A stretch of 62,655 nt of DNA from Callorhinchus milii (GCF_018977255.1 NW_024705204.1:1-62655); one strand, 5' to 3'; positions 25,116 through 36,963 are shown, counted from the stretch's first letter. The notes: generated by a model not told the origin, from the letters alone. Program-made: numbers and translations.

Positions 25116-27359
25116 CTGGTGAGTGTAGAAGACAACAGAAAATAGGTGCAAGTTCCTGCAGTTTCAATTTCTTCTAACTTTAATTTACATGTGGTATATT
25201 AAATTCTCAGGTTTTACATCCTTTCCTCATCCTTATTCTTTCTACCTGACTTATTCTCTCCTCAGAATACTCTTTAAAGTTCTACCTCTTCAACTGTCTT
25301 TTGGTCCACAGCATTGAATCTTCCCTTTGCCTATACAGTTGCCTCCATTAAACCATCCCCTGTGATTTCAGCTAAGCAACGGATGTGGATGCTTTTGATG
25401 GTGACAGATAGTGAAGAGTGGGACTGCAGCCATTTGTGGTTTCTAGAAATACATTCTTACCTGGTAAATGATTGCTCTGTGAGCTTGGAGGTATCGTTGG
25501 TTTGGGCAGAGATTTTACTTTTGTAGAAAGTTTTATGCGCTGTGAAGATGGTGGCTTAAGAACTGTTGAGGGGAGAACGAGACAGCATATAAGTCCTTAT
25601 AAGATGCCAAAGCTCTTGTTCAAGCCTCTCGACTGCACTACTCAAATGCCCTCCACTGCCCTCCACACCAAACTCCCCTACTCCACAATTCACAGAATTC
25701 AACTCATCCAGAACTTCACCACCTGCATTCTCACTTGCACTAAACTCTGCAACCAGATTACCCCAATCCTTGCCCAAACCCACTGGCTCCCTGGTCACAG
25801 AGCAGATCAACTTCAAGATCCTCACTCTAGTGTTTAAATCCCTTCACTCGTTGACACTCCCATCTCTCCAACCGCTTCTCCCCTCGCAGCACTACCCGCT
25901 GCCTCCACTCTCCTGGCTCCAGCCTCAGCTTGAGTATGAAGACCTTCCTCTTCGACCGTGCCTATGGTCACCTTGCTGCACCCCTGGCTTGGCATCGGGC
26001 TCCACCATTGTTAAGCACTCTCGAACACTGCCCGGCGTGAAGAGCGCTACATCAATGCAAGTTGTTGTTGCTGTTGTTGTTATTAGACTGGCATTCTGTT
26101 GAGCGTACACTGAACAAGTTAAGCCAAAACGACTCACAGCCTGTGTCACTGGAGGTATTGACCGGGACTTTAGAACTCTTTTAGGCGGAATCATAAAATC
26201 ACAGAATTATACAGCGCAGAAGCAGACCGATCGGCTCATCTGTCGTGTCTCTTTGAAACAAGATATCTTGTTCAATCCCACTCTCTCCTCATGGCTCTGC
26301 AAACTTGTCCTCCCGCAATAATTATAGACTTCAATCTCAAAAGTTGTTATCGAATCGGCTTCTCCTGTCCTTCCAGGCGGAAGTCAAAGATTTTGCTAAA
26401 AGGTGGTCATTGCAGCGTAAAATAAGTTATGCCAAAGGGCATTGAGTGTTTTGTCAAAATGAAGCGTGTTATCTGGGGATTCAATGGAAATGGAACGATG
26501 AGCGGGCAATTGGAATGAGCTTGTATTGTTCCAATTCAGGAACTGATACCAAAAGAGATTTAATGAGCCCAGGGGAGGAAGAGAAGTAATAATAATAATA
26601 ATAATCCTTTCATTTCATATAGCACCGTTTCACGCCTTCGAGACGTCTCAAAGAACTTCTCAGAATATACTGTAAAATTAATTGATTGTATATATTGTGG
26701 AAGAAACGCAGCAGTCGGTTGCACATAGCAGTGTCCCACAAACAGTCGTGAGTTGACTGAAAAATTATAATTTTTAAAAAATATATATTTTTCAAGGAAA
26801 TAATACCCACAGAAAAGCGATCCGTGAATGACGAGCACCGGCTTCCTACTTACTGCTAGTCAATAGTGGCATGTTAACTATTCCCACTGGCGGTGGGTCG
26901 ATAGCCCGAGGACCCCGATTTAAAATAGTTGTTAAAAGAAACAGAGGGGAGGGGAGGAGAATTTTTTTTCACGCAGTGTGTTGTTCAGATCTGGAATGCA
27001 TTGCCTGAAAGGCTGGTGGAAGCCGACTCGATAACAACATTTAAGAGAGAAGTAGATAATTATTTGAGGAGGAAGACTTTGCAGGGCTATGGGGAGAGCG
27101 CGGGGTGGGAGTGGGGTTGATTTGGGTGGCACAAGGCGCCGACGTGATGAATGGTCTTCTTTTGTGCTGTTTAATTCTTTGATTCTGTGTGGAGTCAGGA
27201 AATTTGCGCACCATATCACACTGCCGGGAATCAAACCAAGGTCTCTTACTTGCGAAATGAGGGCTCTAACCAGTGAGTTGCAGGACTGTGCCGATAGAAG
27301 ATGTTAGCATGACAGGACAGAACTGGATGTCATACTAACATCATGCTCCCCAATCTTAC

Positions 27360-27713
27360 CTTTGTAGCACATGAACCAATATGTCTGATTGCAATAATCA
27401 TCGAACCACATGCCATTGGTCACAGCCACACAGATCATGGCACCTCGGTATCCATTAGGCTCCTTTTCTTTCCAGTGTGTATAATTGAACTTGTCTCCAT
27501 TTAACCACTTCCATCCTGTTTCAGAGTGGTTACTATTATATAGCCCGATCCAAAAAGCAATGTTTCTGTCAAACATTGAAGTGAAGATCTTCTGCTCCTC
27601 TGGGTTCCGGATGCTGACCAGATCGATGTGGTGTTTGCGGCAGTAATCCCGTGCTTCAAACCATCTTTTCTTTTTGTAGATCAGGTGATACCCTCTATCT
27701 GGGGAATTCATTT
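27360..27713 (-). CDS. CTLD cassette exon C, 354 nt, EPN motif
   Basis: ctctcaccag acceptor; RWFEARDYC...FWIGL...WKEKEPNGY...C...GMWFDDYC...MCYK; donor G|GTAAGA. Confidence 0.9.
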
Positions 27714-29165
27714 CTGGTGAGAGAAGGTAACATTGGGAAGTGAGATGTCCAAATTCGACTTACACCCAGTCTCAAATAGGACTGGCTCATCAAATCCATT
27801 TAAGACCTCATCCCTCCCAGTGCACTGCATATTCTTCCAAAACTTTAGAGGGCCCATACTCTCATCTTTTCTATTCAAGATCAATCCTTCCTTCCATTGC
27901 CACCATCAACTATTCAGTTCCATGATCGTCCCATTCATAGATCCCAATCCAAGATCTTCTTCCATGCATTATAAAACATTCTGGCTCCACCTTTGAGTCC
28001 AGAACTACTTCTGTCCTGAAAGAATGTCTCTCAGACATCAAGTCCTGGATCAACTAACTTTCTTCAGTTGAACGTCAACAAGATTGGTTGGTTCCCATCA
28101 GTGCCTGATGGCATCACCATCAATGGTTGCGCATTCCACCTTAATCAGCCAGTCAAGAACCTTAGCGTCTTTTGACCTCAACTACCCTTTCTACCCTACA
28201 TTCGTGCCATGACCCGCTCTGCCTTCTCCCATTGCCCGACTCTGCCCACTCTCTCATGTAGTAGGGCACCGAAACCCCCATACACGCCTTCATAATATCC
28301 CGGCTTCACAATGCAAAAATCCTGCCTGTCGGCATCCCCAACTCCTCCATCCATAGACTTCAAATCATCCAGAACTCTGTAACTGGTGTCCTCTCCCACA
28401 CCAGGCCCTGTGACCCTATCACTCGCATCCTCGCCCCATCCCACTGGCTTCCCAACTCACACAGGATACAGTTCAAGATCCTGGTCCTTACCATCAAAGC
28501 GCTTTATGGCCTTGCTCCCCCTACCTCTGCAACCTCCTAACCCCCTACTAACCTGAGCACTCCCTCTGCTCAGCATGCTTCAGCTTTTTCACGTTCCCCA
28601 ACCTTGACCGCTCTACCATTATTGGTCGAGCCTTCAATCATTCTACCCCCGCCTTCTGGAACTGCTTCCCACAATCACTCCGCCTCGCTCCTCCCTTGCC
28701 TCTACCTTCAAGACCCATCTTAAGACCCCCCCCTCTTCGACCGTGCCTTCGATCACCCTCCTTTCCCCCCTGCCTCCCCGATCCCAACCCCCAGCTTGGG
28801 TCGAAAACATTGAATATCTAATGCCTTGGGACATCATCCTGACGTGAAATGCGCAATGCAGATGTGTTTTTGTTTTTGGTAGTTGTGGGACTTGGATTTT
28901 GGTCAATGTTTCTTCATCTTCATTGACTATTGCTTTCCAATATGACTAAGAATCTAAGAAAGGATCATTTCTCTGTGACATTAACAGGTGTGAAGTGTGC
29001 TATATAAATGCAAGTTCTTGTTCGTTATGCACGAGGGAGCGTTTGGAAATGTCTGCTATTGTTAATATGGAGGGCAAGACTGTGTCGCATTTTATAATGT
29101 CTGAAACATGTCCTTACGTTCCATGGAATAAAACAAGGTGGGATTTTTCAAATCTGGGCGAATTC

Positions 29166-29240
29166 CTGTTGCAAGAGGACTTACAGGCTTCAGAGATATT
29201 GGCAATCGCTCACTGAAAGTGGAAGAATCTTCTATGACTT
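29166..29240 (-). CDS. Possible short linker exon
   Basis: Strong acceptor ttttttccctctctcctcag; EVIEDSSTFSERLPISLKPVSPLAT ends GCAACAG like the other linkers but is followed by GA rather than GT. An internal GTAAGT (exon end 29185) would give phase 0. Confidence 0.4.
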
Positions 29241-29539
29241 CTGAGGAGAGAGGGAAAAAATAATGCCATCAATACTGATCTGATATTCTTATTAGTACAG
29301 GAAAGAAGGAAGGAAAACAGGAAAGAAAAACATTGATATGTTTTTTATCACCTTATTACATGATTGCACTTGTCACTGAAGTGATCGATGAGTAAACTCT
29401 AATAACTGCCTCTTTGACTTTGCCTATAATTATCTTCCCCTTTCTCGCTCCCCTCTCTATTTTCCCTGACTCCCTCATTCTGAAGGAAGGTAAATAAATG
29501 CAAGTTGATGTTGCTGTGATAATTTGGAATTGAATGCAT

Positions 29540-29696
29540 ATATCTAATGTACGAATCTGTGCTTCTCCGGGCTCCTAATGCTTATAATATTTGTATAATA
29601 ACTGACAATATATATATATATTGACTTCAGCCCAGTTGTTCCTGAGATTAATCCGGTGATATTCTCTGGCCATGGATTCAGTTCTCTTGAGACCAT
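29540..29696 (-). pseudogene. 5' half of a CTLD pseudo-exon
   Basis: ttttttgacag acceptor; DGLKRTESMAREYHRINLRNNWAEV, an (AT)n run, YC, then frameshifted TNIISIRSPEKHRF; remainder missing. Left boundary approximate. Confidence 0.7.
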
Positions 29697-29818
29697 CTGT
29701 CAAAAAACGATTGCATATGAAATAGATTCAAATCTCAATGCCTCCCAGCACAGCAGCAGCTGGAGTTTAAGATCTGTGGCAATGCAGCGATTCGCTGTCC
29801 TGAGAAATAAGTCCATAC

Positions 29819-29932
29819 CTTCTATGGAATTATTTTGAGTGATTGTAAGATCCAAAATTGTGTGTTGATTTTTTTCTGTAGGTCGTGGCGAGGAAGGTGT
29901 TGGTTCACGGGCAATTGCAGATTCACGAAGTT
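29819..29932 (-). CDS. Pro/Ser/Thr-rich stalk exon, 114 nt, phase 1-1
   Basis: ttttctttgtctctccacag acceptor; ELRESAIAREPTPSSPRPTEKNQHTILDLTITQNNSIE; donor G|GTATGG. Confidence 0.7.
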
Positions 29933-30252
29933 CTGTGGAGAGACAAAGAAAATAACATATTTTATTGCTGATTTGTCAATCTGTTTGGTTTATAACCTGC
30001 TGTCTATCAAACTCTCACATTCTACATGCTTAAGATATGAACAGAATCCCAGAAACAGGACGGTGATGGACTAACGATTGGCATTCCACCTGAAAACAGC
30101 AGATGAACCATGTCTCTTGTTGTGACTCCAACATATACTCAATTATTTCACTGAATTGGATATGCCATTATAATTAACTTATCTAATTTGTTTTATGAAG
30201 ACAGCCTGCTGTTTTTGCAAAGGTATTGCGGAGAAGGGGAGAGAATAAAAAA

Positions 30253-30337
30253 GGAAGGAAGGAAGAAAGGAAGGAAGGAAGGAAGGAAGGAAGGAAGGAA
30301 GGAAGGAAGGAAGGAAGGAAGGAAGGAAGGAAGGAAA
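30253..30337 (+). repeat. (GGAA)n microsatellite
   Basis: Direct reading. Confidence 0.97.
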
Positions 30338-30589
30338 GAAATTTCTTCTGGAGTTCTCTGATAAAATCACGTACCCTTGCTTTATCTCTTCTTGTCTTCC
30401 AAATGATGCCATAAACCTGTCTGTTAGACTGTGCTTTTGGTTTGTATAATTGATGACCCTAGCTCTTGACTGCTCTCCGTAAGATCTGCAAAATGCTTTG
30501 AGAAACCCAGACTACAATAATGGCGCAATACATTTGTTGGTTAGTACAAATTGGGTGGAGATTTGTAACTATTACAATTTGTAATTGTA

Positions 30590-30917
30590 ATAATAATAGT
30601 AAAAATAATCCTTGCATTTGGTATAGCGCTTTTCACGTCGGGAGGACGTCCCAAAGTGCTTTACAGAACACACTGTAAAGCGAATTGACTGTATATTTGT
30701 GGGCGAACGCGGCAGCCAATTGCACACAGCAATGTCCCACAAACAGTAGATTGAAAATGACCAATTTATTATTGTTCTTTTTTGTTTTGGAGGGATTATT
30801 ATTAGGCTCTGTGTGGAGTAAGGAAACTTGCCCAAGGTTTCGCCCTCCGCCTGGGATTGAACTCGGGTCTCTCACTTGCAAAGCGAGTGCTCTAACCACT
30901 GAGCTACAGGACTCCAT
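30590..30917 (-). mobile_element. tRNA-derived SINE
   Basis: TAGCTCAGTGGTTAGAGC...GAGTTCAATCC head and (AAT)n tail. Confidence 0.9.
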
Positions 30918-31439
30918 TGTAATTATTAAGGGCCACTTAATGATTTATGGATTATGAAAAATAAGTTCTTGCCCTCCTCAGAATTGATTTTAGAGATGGG
31001 AAGCTGTAAAGGAGTACTTGGCATTTCTTCTGTTTTAAAAAGGATTCTGGGCTGTATCAATGTCAGTGTTAGCTCACTAGGAGTTGAAGATTTCTGAATG
31101 TCTGTCGAGACAGATGAAACATCACACCCATTGTATTTGACCTAATTCGATTTGTTTTATCAATTATTTCATAATACTAAACTTTCAGTTGCTATGTCGA
31201 CTCACGTTCAATGTTAAAAGATGGAAATCATAGCCACAAGTGAATGTGGAGGATACAATCTGCAAATTGTAATGGCTGTCTATTTTGTGGACTAAGTACG
31301 GCAACCAATCGCACACAGCAGTGTCCCACAAACAGTCGCGGAGTGAGTGAGTGACCAAATTATACATTTTTTGGAGGATGGTAATTTGAGAGGAACGAAG
31401 TAAAGTGTTTCATCTTTGCTCACAGAATCTCTGCTAAAT

Positions 31440-31757
31440 TGGACGAGATGCCAACAGACTCAGCTGTATAGACAACACAGATTAGGGCCCTGAGGTAATC
31501 ATTGGGCTCCATAAATTTCCAGTTTGTTTAATTGACCTTGTCGAAATTTGTTCACATCCAATGTTGATTGGATCGCTTATGATTGTACATCCCGATCCAG
31601 AGAGGCGTAGATCTGTCAATCAGCTCAGATATAAACTTGTTCTCCTCTGTGTCCCAAATACTAAGATCATGTAATCGCAACAGCAGAATTACAGTGCTCG
31701 AGTCCAGTTTATCTTTTGGTGGATGCTCTATCATTTGTTTACTTATCAAAGGCTCAT
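31440..31757 (-). pseudogene. CTLD pseudo-exon (frameshift, stops, 3' end lost)
   Basis: LWIGMYNHKRSNQHWM*TNFDKVN*TNWKFMEPNDYLRALICVV; acceptor atcag present, no donor seen. Left boundary approximate. Confidence 0.8.
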
Positions 31758-32087
31758 CTGATAATAAATCACATCAGAAAATAAGTTCAAGCTCCAGTTG
31801 TTTGAGTTGTTCAAGGCAGATCCAATCTAAGATCCTTACCAGCAAATTCCTTCTCAGAATTTATCGATATAAATTCTGCCTGCTCTAATCTGTAACTTTA
31901 TCTCTATCTTAAAATATTTCTGTTCAAATAGTATACCTCTTGGATAAAGGTTGCTATTGTTAATATTGAAGCGAACCCTATGTTTTAAATAAGTGTGTTT
32001 GAAATAAGTAATGTGAAAATACATCCGTATTTTATGATGCTCAAAAGAGCAGCGCAAAATCATGCTCAACTCTCTTCCCGATCTTAC

Positions 32088-32451
32088 CTTTCTGGCCCAT
32101 GAACTTGTATGTTTGATTGCGGAAATCATCAAACCACAGCCCATTGTGCACAGCCACACACATTGGAGAACTTAGGTTATCATTTGGTACCATAAATTTC
32201 TAGTGTGTATTATTTATTTGTTCTCCAGTTGTCTACATCCAGTTGGCTTTGGAGCCCTTTTTTATTGCAGAGCCCAATCCAGAAAGGCAAATATTTGTCA
32301 AACTTCTTGGAAATAAATCCGTCCTCATAGTTCTGAATGCTGATCAGATTTGTGTAGTGGATGCGGCAATAAATCAGGGCTTCAGTCCAGTTTTTCTCTT
32401 GATCAATCAGGTAACATATCCTGGTTACTGACTTATTCTTCACTGCAGGAT
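32088..32451 (-). pseudogene. CTLD pseudo-exon (frameshift, two Trp-to-stop changes) with intact AG/GT
   Basis: 364 nt. KNWTEALIYC...FWIGL, then a +1 frameshift, TAG at both W positions, VPND...CVAVHNGLWFDD, last two Cys lost; donor G|GTAAGA retained. Confidence 0.85.
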
Positions 32452-32839
32452 CTGATGAGAATCCATGAGACAAAGAGTCAGACTTCAGTGGAATTTGAGT
32501 AGATGTGAATCAGGTATAAGATACCTCTCCTTATTTCAAAACTTCAAACCCTATCCAATTTGACCACTCCCTTTCCCATGCAATATTCTGATTTTAATTT
32601 CAAACCCATCCCCTTCACTTTTCTGCTGTTGTCTTCTGCATGATGCTCACTTTGTCTTCCCACTCGCAGTGACACCTCCCTGGGCCATTAGGTCCTTATC
32701 CAATTGAACCATCCCAACAGTTTATTTTCCTTCATGCCCAACAAATTTGTCAGTTAAAGATTTTCTGCAAATAATGGGCTAATTCATCACTTGGGAATAC
32801 GTTGTTAGCTGATTCTGGGTTATTTTGAGAGTTGAAAAG

Positions 32840-32938
32840 TTTAAAAGTTGTGACGAGATCTTTCTTTGTTGCAATACCGTTTATATGGATTTGGGAGCTT
32901 GCCTGATGGTTCGCTGGGAGTTGCAGATATACGAAAGT
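32840..32938 (-). pseudogene. Decayed stalk exon with mutated acceptor (AG to AA)
   Basis: ACTTTCGTATATCTGCAACTCCCAGCGAACCATCA aligns with the start of the 29932 stalk exon (AACTTCGTGAATCTGCAATTGCCCGTGAACCAACA), but the acceptor reads cacAA. Left boundary approximate. Confidence 0.55.
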
Positions 32939-33160
32939 TTGTGAAAACAGACAGAACAAAATGCGTTCTTATTCGGTTGGGTATGCAACCAGGTTCTTCA
33001 ATTGGGTAATCCAGGATGCATATTTACTGTACCGAAGGGTGGAGGTGAATCAGATTCTGACTTCAATGATGGAGGTAAGTATTCTTCCCATTCAGCTGGG
33101 GGGTGGGGGGTCGCAGGTGAACCAAGTAGAAAATTGATAACTCTGGACAGAAGTTCTCAC

Positions 33161-33268
33161 CTGTTGCCAAATTAGTGTTATTCAGAGCTATGCCTGAAGC
33201 TTTTTCTATTGTGGAACAGATTGAGGCTTCTAAAGAGATCTGGCTGGAGAGTAAAGATTTCTTCTCAT
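33161..33268 (-). CDS. Stalk/linker exon, 108 nt, phase 1-1
   Basis: tctccacag acceptor; DEKKSLLSSQISLEASICSTIEKASGIALNNTNLAT; donor GCAACAG|GTGAGAA, identical to the donor of the 13.3 kb linker. Confidence 0.7.
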
Positions 33269-33666
33269 CTGTGGAGACACAGCCCGTACCATTATTTGCC
33301 TGGCGGTTTGCTTGGTATACTGTGCAGAGAGCGGGAGATGAAAAGAGAGACAAAGTGCGAAAGAAAAAGACGGTGATAATTCATCAGACCCATTGATCTG
33401 GATTTGTCCGCTAAATTCTCCTTCCCTTGTTATCTCAGTCTCTCCTTTTCTTCAAAGCCCTCTTAGAAAATTGCATTTTCCATCCTGTTTAGGTTTTCAC
33501 AATTGAATATCACTTTTATCATGTCTGCTTTCATTAACACCTATTGAAGGTTTCCAGATGCTCATCCCGTGTGAGAGGAATTATATTGGTCCAAGCATTT
33601 GGTATCATTGACAGACACAAATGAAGAGGTTGACATCGCACAGTGATTCGCTGGCACTGGTCTTAC

Positions 33667-33786
33667 CTGCTGGACTTCGTAACAGGGGATTCTTCCAAGC
33701 TGTGAGTGAAACTTTTTTGGATGGAAGCTTTGCAGGTCGTGGAGACCTGAACGTTGGATTCATAGGAGGGGAAAATCTCCGAAGGT
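33667..33786 (-). CDS. Pro/Ser/Thr-rich stalk exon, 120 nt, phase 1-1
   Basis: tttctttctgtctccatag acceptor; DLRRFSPPMNPTFRSPRPAKLPSKKVSLTAWKNPLLRSPA; donor G|GTAAGA. Confidence 0.7.
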
Positions 33787-34334
33787 CTATGGAGACAGAA
33801 AGAAATTGATATGCCGTATTGTTCAGCTGACATTCTGCTTGCTACACTTAAATTAAGCTCCACCTATTATATTACACGGGCTTTGTACTGTTTGTGAGAA
33901 AGATGAAGTGATAATCAAGTGACTCCTCTTAAGGTATTTATGTTTATGGGCAACACTTATTCGAAAGATGTCTTGTTTTTGTGAGATCTACCAAAGATTC
34001 AATAATTTCAGTTAGTTCCATACCTCACTGTGATCAACATATCTACTTATTTTGATGAAGGAAGGAAGCAAGCAAGAAAGCAGGCAGGCAGGCAAGCAAG
34101 CAATTCTATCCAGGCATCCAATCTAGCAACCATCAGGACCATTTACTTTCGACTTCTCTTCTCGGATTTCAATTGGAAAAAGTATTTTGGAGGAGTGAAA
34201 TAAATGGTTTGGAGTCAACCTCTGCAAATTGAGATTGGAGTATTCAGCTCGATTGAAAGAGTCAGCCACAGGATGGCCTCCTCCTGTCCTGCAAGGAAGC
34301 ACATAAAGCTGACCATTCCACTGCCTGAACTTAC

Positions 34335-34700
34335 CTTTGTAGCACATAGACTGGTATGTTTTATTGCAGTAGTCATCAAACCACAAGCCATTGATCACAG
34401 CGACACAGCTTTCAGAGTTAAGGTAATCATTTGGCTCCATATATTTCCACTGCGTATAATTGACCGCTTCTCCATTTGTCCACTTCCACGCGGCAGTGGA
34501 ACCCTTTTTACTGAACAGCCCGATCCAGAGAGTGCGATCTTCAACAATCAGCTGAGACATGTACTTGGCCTCCTCTGGACTCTGGATACTGACCAGATCT
34601 ACGTAGTGACTGCGGCAGTGATCCCGAGCTTCAGTCCAGTTTTTCAGTTGCTTGATTGGGTAATATTCTCTGTCCACAAATTTATTCTTCAAGGCCAAAA
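34335..34700 (-). CDS. CTLD cassette exon B, 366 nt, EPN motif
   Basis: ctag acceptor; KNWTEARDHC...LWIGL...WKYMEPNDY...C...GLWFDDYC...MCYK; donor G|GTAAGT. Confidence 0.9.
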
Positions 34701-36028
34701 CTAGATAGAAACCATCACATCAGCGAACATTATAGATTCAAGATTCATTATTGTTAAACACTGAAGGCATAACCTTCACATAACTTTACAATAATAATCC
34801 CTCCAAAAAACAAAACAATAATAAATTGGTCATTTTCAATCCACGACTGTCTGTGCGACACTGCTGTGCGCAATTGGCTGCCGCGTTCGCCCACAAATAT
34901 ACAGTCAATTCACTTTAAAGTATATTCTGTGAAGCGCTTTGGGATGTCTAGAAGACGTGAAAAGTGCTATATCAAATGCAAGGATTATTATTTTTATTAA
35001 TATCACTCCTTCCTACCTCAGTAAAATTGTCTTGCTTTGTTTTCGTACAATCACCTTTATGTAAGCTATTGCTCATTCTTCTGCCCTATCATTTTTGGCC
35101 AGACTTTTGGCCACCATTTCCCTATCTAATGGAAGTACGGTACTTCCAAATCGCTCAACCTTGCTGCCTCCATTTTCACCCAACCCCCATTTGAAAGTTA
35201 TCTCCCTTAATTCAGCTTTTCTTCAATAGCATTAAATCTTTCACCCAAAGTGCTGTACAAGTGCAATTTGTTATCCATTAAACTTCAGATGACCATTTGG
35301 GCAATGGCACAAACAGAGAGAACTGACAAATGTAAAAAATATTTGTCAAAAACAGCAGCAAAAACACCTAAGGAAGTAACATCTGTACATTGCCCCATAC
35401 TGAAAAGTGTTACATTGATGAATCAATGAATGAAGACATGGAGATATGTAACCTGCTGAGGAAATCTTTGAAAAGTTGGAGTATTTCAAAGCTGTAATTT
35501 GAGTGTTTTCTGATACAGAAAGGTGTATGAGCTGTGAAGACTTGTTGGTGGTCGAAGCATTTTGAAGATCTGTGAAGGTAAAAGGAGTAAAACAGCTTTA
35601 ATGATAACAATCCTTGCATTTTATGTAGTGCCCTCTCATGACAATGAGACGACTCAAAGTGCTTCAAAGTATAGTATGCTGTAACATCAATTGGCTGTAT
35701 ATTTTGTGGGCGAAACTCAGCAGCCAATTACACACAGAAGTGTCTCACAAACAGTTGTGAATCAAGTGACCAATATTTGGGGTGAAAGAGTTATTACCCC
35801 CGGAAAACGATCTACCAATTATCTAACGATAGGTTCCTGGCTGCTGGTAGGTAAACCGAGACGTGTGGAGAAAGGAAACTTGTCCAAAAGTTCACCTTGT
35901 CCAGGTGTTCTCATTGCAAGGTGAGTGCTCAAACCACTAAGCTACGGGACGCAATAATGGATATTCAGTTAAGGCTACAAGGACTCTATCAAGATCCCAA
36001 TCCAAGAAATTGTATGTGTCAATCTTAC

Positions 36029-36400
36029 CTTCATAGCAAATGAACAAATGTGTTTGATTGCAGTAAGCGGGAAACCACAGTCCATTGTTTATAGCCACAC
36101 AGATCCCAGAAGTTCGGTTACCATTCATCTTTTTATCTTTCCAGTGCATATGATTGAATGCATCGCCATTGGTCCATTGCCATTGCCATCCAACAGTGGT
36201 TAAATTTTTACTGTACAGCCCAATCCAATACGATACTCCATAATTGAGCAGACGGGCGGTTTCATAATTTTCCTTTGGGCTCCGGATGCTGACAAGATCC
36301 GTGTGGTGAGCGCGGCAGTAACCCCGGGCTTTTGCCCATTTTTTCTTTTCATTGACCGTGTGATACTTTCTGTCCAAGGATGGAACAATCTGGGGCAGAG
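36029..36400 (-). CDS. CTLD cassette exon A (first after leader), 372 nt, phase 1-1
   Basis: ttttccag acceptor; WAKARGYC...YWIGL...WKDKKMN...C...GLWFPAYC...FICYE; donor G|GTAAGA. Confidence 0.9.
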
Positions 36401-36917
36401 CTGGAAAAGGGCAAATGCGTCAGTCTTGGACAAAAACGACATCGACTTGGACAAAAACAACTTGCATTATATAGCATCCGTCGTGAAGGTTAGCATCCCA
36501 GAGCACTTGACAATATAGATAGTGGATGGTTCTGGTAGAAAGAGTCAGAAAAGGAGGAGGTCATCTTAAAACTAAACCACTGAGCACGAAGATCAGAAGC
36601 AGAGAATTGGGAGAATGTGGTCAAAACTAGTGCAGAAGGCCATAATCGAGATAATAATAATCATAATAATACTAATCATTGCATTTAATATTGTGCCTTA
36701 TCACAGCTTGAAGACGTCTCAAAGCACTTCACGGAATATACTGTAAAGTTAATTGACTGTATCTTGTGGGCAAGATATGTAAATTGGAAATGGATAGACA
36801 CTTAGGGGGACAGGGGTTAGGAGATCTCCTGCATTGGTATAATAAACTGGTGGAACAGACTGAGTGGGCGCCTATCCTGATGTTCCACTGGAACGGACAT
36901 GATAAAAATGGGCTCAC

Positions 36918-36963
36918 CTTGAGTAAGAAGGAGGAGGGGTAAGAAAACTCGCATTTTACTCAT
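36918..36963 (-). CDS. Signal-peptide (leader) exon of the multi-CTLD lectin gene
   Basis: MSKMRVFLPLLLLTQ then phase-1 donor G|GTGAGC; in frame with the first CTLD exon (ALPQIVPSLDRKYH...). Confidence 0.8.

Noticed and set aside
19529-25167. Apparent signal peptides at the start of CTLD ORFs (e.g. MLELANIFCISLLL, MKLQELAPIFCCLL)
   Set aside because: The hydrophobic residues are translated polypyrimidine tracts upstream of AG acceptors, and the ORF starts are mostly non-ATG codons.
12416-36400. RSS-mediated rearrangement of the lectin cassettes
   Set aside because: No heptamer-spacer-nonamer seen flanking any CTLD exon; the CACTGTG at 23144-23150 is inside an exon and lacks a nonamer. Cassettes are bounded by splice sites only.
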